A DNA stretch of 64,000 bases from Mobula birostris. Taxonomy: Eukaryota. Within the stretch, counting starts at the first letter, position 1; every line of letters begins with the position of its first letter. The stretch covers positions 178,894,057-178,958,056 of the forward strand of contig NC_092374.1 of NCBI RefSeq assembly GCF_030028105.1, read 5' to 3'. The notes below the pieces were generated by a model. It was not told where the DNA came from. It searched no databases and was given only the letters and a program-made list of their open reading frames with translations. Both the position numbers and the translations under genes were made by a program. This document shows positions 62,178-64,000 of this stretch, piece after piece.

Positions 62178-64000
62178 CATAGAAAACCTACAGCACAATA
62201 CAGGCCCTTTGGCCCACAGAGTTGTGCTGAACATGTCCCTACTTTAGGAATTACTAGGCTTACTTATAGCCTTCTATTTTACTGAACTCCATGTGCCTAT
62301 CTAAAAGTCTCTTAAAAGACCCATCGTATCCACCACCTCCACCGTTGTCAGCAGCCCATTCCATGCACTCACCACTCTTGAGTAAAAAAAAAACACCCTG
62401 ACATCTCTACCTACGCCCCAGCACCTTAAACCTGTGTCCTTTTGTGGCAACCATTTCAGCCTCTGACTATCCACATGATCAATGCCTGTTATCTTATACA
62501 CCTCTATCAGGTCAAGGGGAAAAGGCAGAGTTAACTCAACTTATTCTCATAAGGCATACTCCCCAATCGGGGCAACATTCTTGTGCATCTGCTCTGCACC
62601 ATTTCTATGGTTTCCACATCCTTCTCGTAGCGAGGTGACCAAAACTGAGTACAGTACTCCGTGGGGTTTGGCTAGGGTCCTATATAGCTGCAACATTACC
62701 TTGGCTCCTGAATTCAATTCTGCGATTGATGAAGGCCAATACACCGTAGGCTTTCTCAACCACAGTGTCAACCTGCACAGCTGCTTTGAGAGTCCTATGG
62801 ACTTGGACCCCAAGATCCCTCTGATCCTCCACACTGCCAAGAGACTTACCATTAATGTTATATTTTGCCATCATACTTGACCTACCAAAATGAGCCACTT
62901 CACACTTATTTGGATTGAACTCCATCTGCCACTGCTCAGGCCAGTTTTGCATCCTATCAAATGTTCTGCTGTAACCTGTGACAGGCCTCCACACTATCCA
63001 CAACACCTCCAACCTTTGTGTCATCAGCAAACTTACTGGCCCATCCCTCCACTTCATCCAGGTCACATAAAAATCATGAAGAGCAAGGGTCCCAGAACAG
63101 ATCCCTGAGGCACTCCAGAGGTCCATGCAGAATATGAACTCTACAAACCACTCTTTACCTTCTGTGGCCAAGCCAGTCCTGGATTCACAAAGCAATGTCC
63201 CCTTGGATCCCCTGCCTCCTTACTTTCTCAATAAGCCTTGAATAGGGTACCTTATCAAATGCCTTACTGAAATCCATATATGCTATATATATACTGCTAT
63301 ACCTTTATCAATGTGTTTAGTCACATCCTCAAAAAATACAATCAGGTTCATAAGGCACGACCTGCCCTTGACAAAGCCATACTGACCACTCCTAATCATA
63401 TTATACCTTTCTACATGTTCATAAATCCTGCCTCCCAGGATCTTCTCCACCAATCACTGAGGTAAGACTCAATGGTCTATAACTTCCTGGGCTATCTCTA
63501 CTCCCTTTCTTGAATAAAGGAACAACATCTGCTACCCTCCAATCCTCCAGAACCTCTCCCGTCCCCTTTGGTGATGCAAAGATCGCCAGAGGCTCAGCAA
63601 TCTCCTCCCTCGCCTCCCACAGTAGCCTGGGGCACATCTCATTCGGTCCCAGTGATTTATCCAACTTGATGCCTTCGAAAAGCTCCAGCACATCCTCCTC
63701 CTCAATATCTCCATAATCAAGCTTTTCAGTCTGCTGCAAGTCATCACTACAATCACAGCGATCCTTTTCCATAGTGGATACTGAAGTAAAGTATTCATTA
63801 AGTACCTCTGATATTTCCTCCATTTCCATACACCCTTTCCCACACTTGATAGGTCCTATTCTTTCACATCTTATCCTCTTGCTCTTCAAATACTTGTAGA
63901 ATGCCTTGGGGTTTTCCTTAATCTTGTCCGTCAAGGCCTTCTCATGGTCTCTTCTGGCTCTCCTAATTTCATTCTTAAGCTCCTTCCTATTAGCGTTATA
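62178..64000 (-). mobile_element. CR1 LINE ORF2, decayed, running off the window end
   Basis: IKENPKAFYKYLKSKR, DKSLGPNEMCPRLL, QMEFNPNKCEV; tail catagaaaacctacagc at 62178. Confidence 0.92.

Overview
Vertebrate genomic DNA, most likely from a cartilaginous fish (shark or ray). That assignment is an inference from the CR1/Penelope/V-SINE repeat set and the beta2m C-terminus. Two host genes lie on the + strand. (1) The 3' half of beta-2-microglobulin: the end of exon 2 at 1-61 (EGAQYACRVLHNGDTKIVKL), a 23-nt stop-codon exon at 2432-2454, and a non-coding last exon from 2541 to about 3255. (2) A complete 12-exon BRD2 (RING3) gene, CDS 39537..58447, which splices to 2331 nt / 776 aa with all intron phases consistent. 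This matches the MHC-linked B2M-BRD2 arrangement reported in nurse shark. The roughly 34 kb between the genes contains no other recognisable host gene. It is a stack of nested transposons: CR1, Rex1-like and Nimb/I-clade LINEs, Penelope-like elements (PLEs), two hAT transposons, a solo LTR, SINEs and MITEs. The most notable observations are: nine PLE-borne minimal hammerhead ribozyme motifs, including a 203-bp fold-back mini-element in sense orientation inside BRD2 intron 4; a candidate spliced divergent lncRNA at the BRD2 CpG island; a three-times-repeated E-box-N9-CCAAT promoter module; and candidate alternative or poison exons of BRD2. All coordinates were read by eye. Exon boundaries and TSD-defined insertions are exact, while boundaries of decayed TE fragments are approximate.
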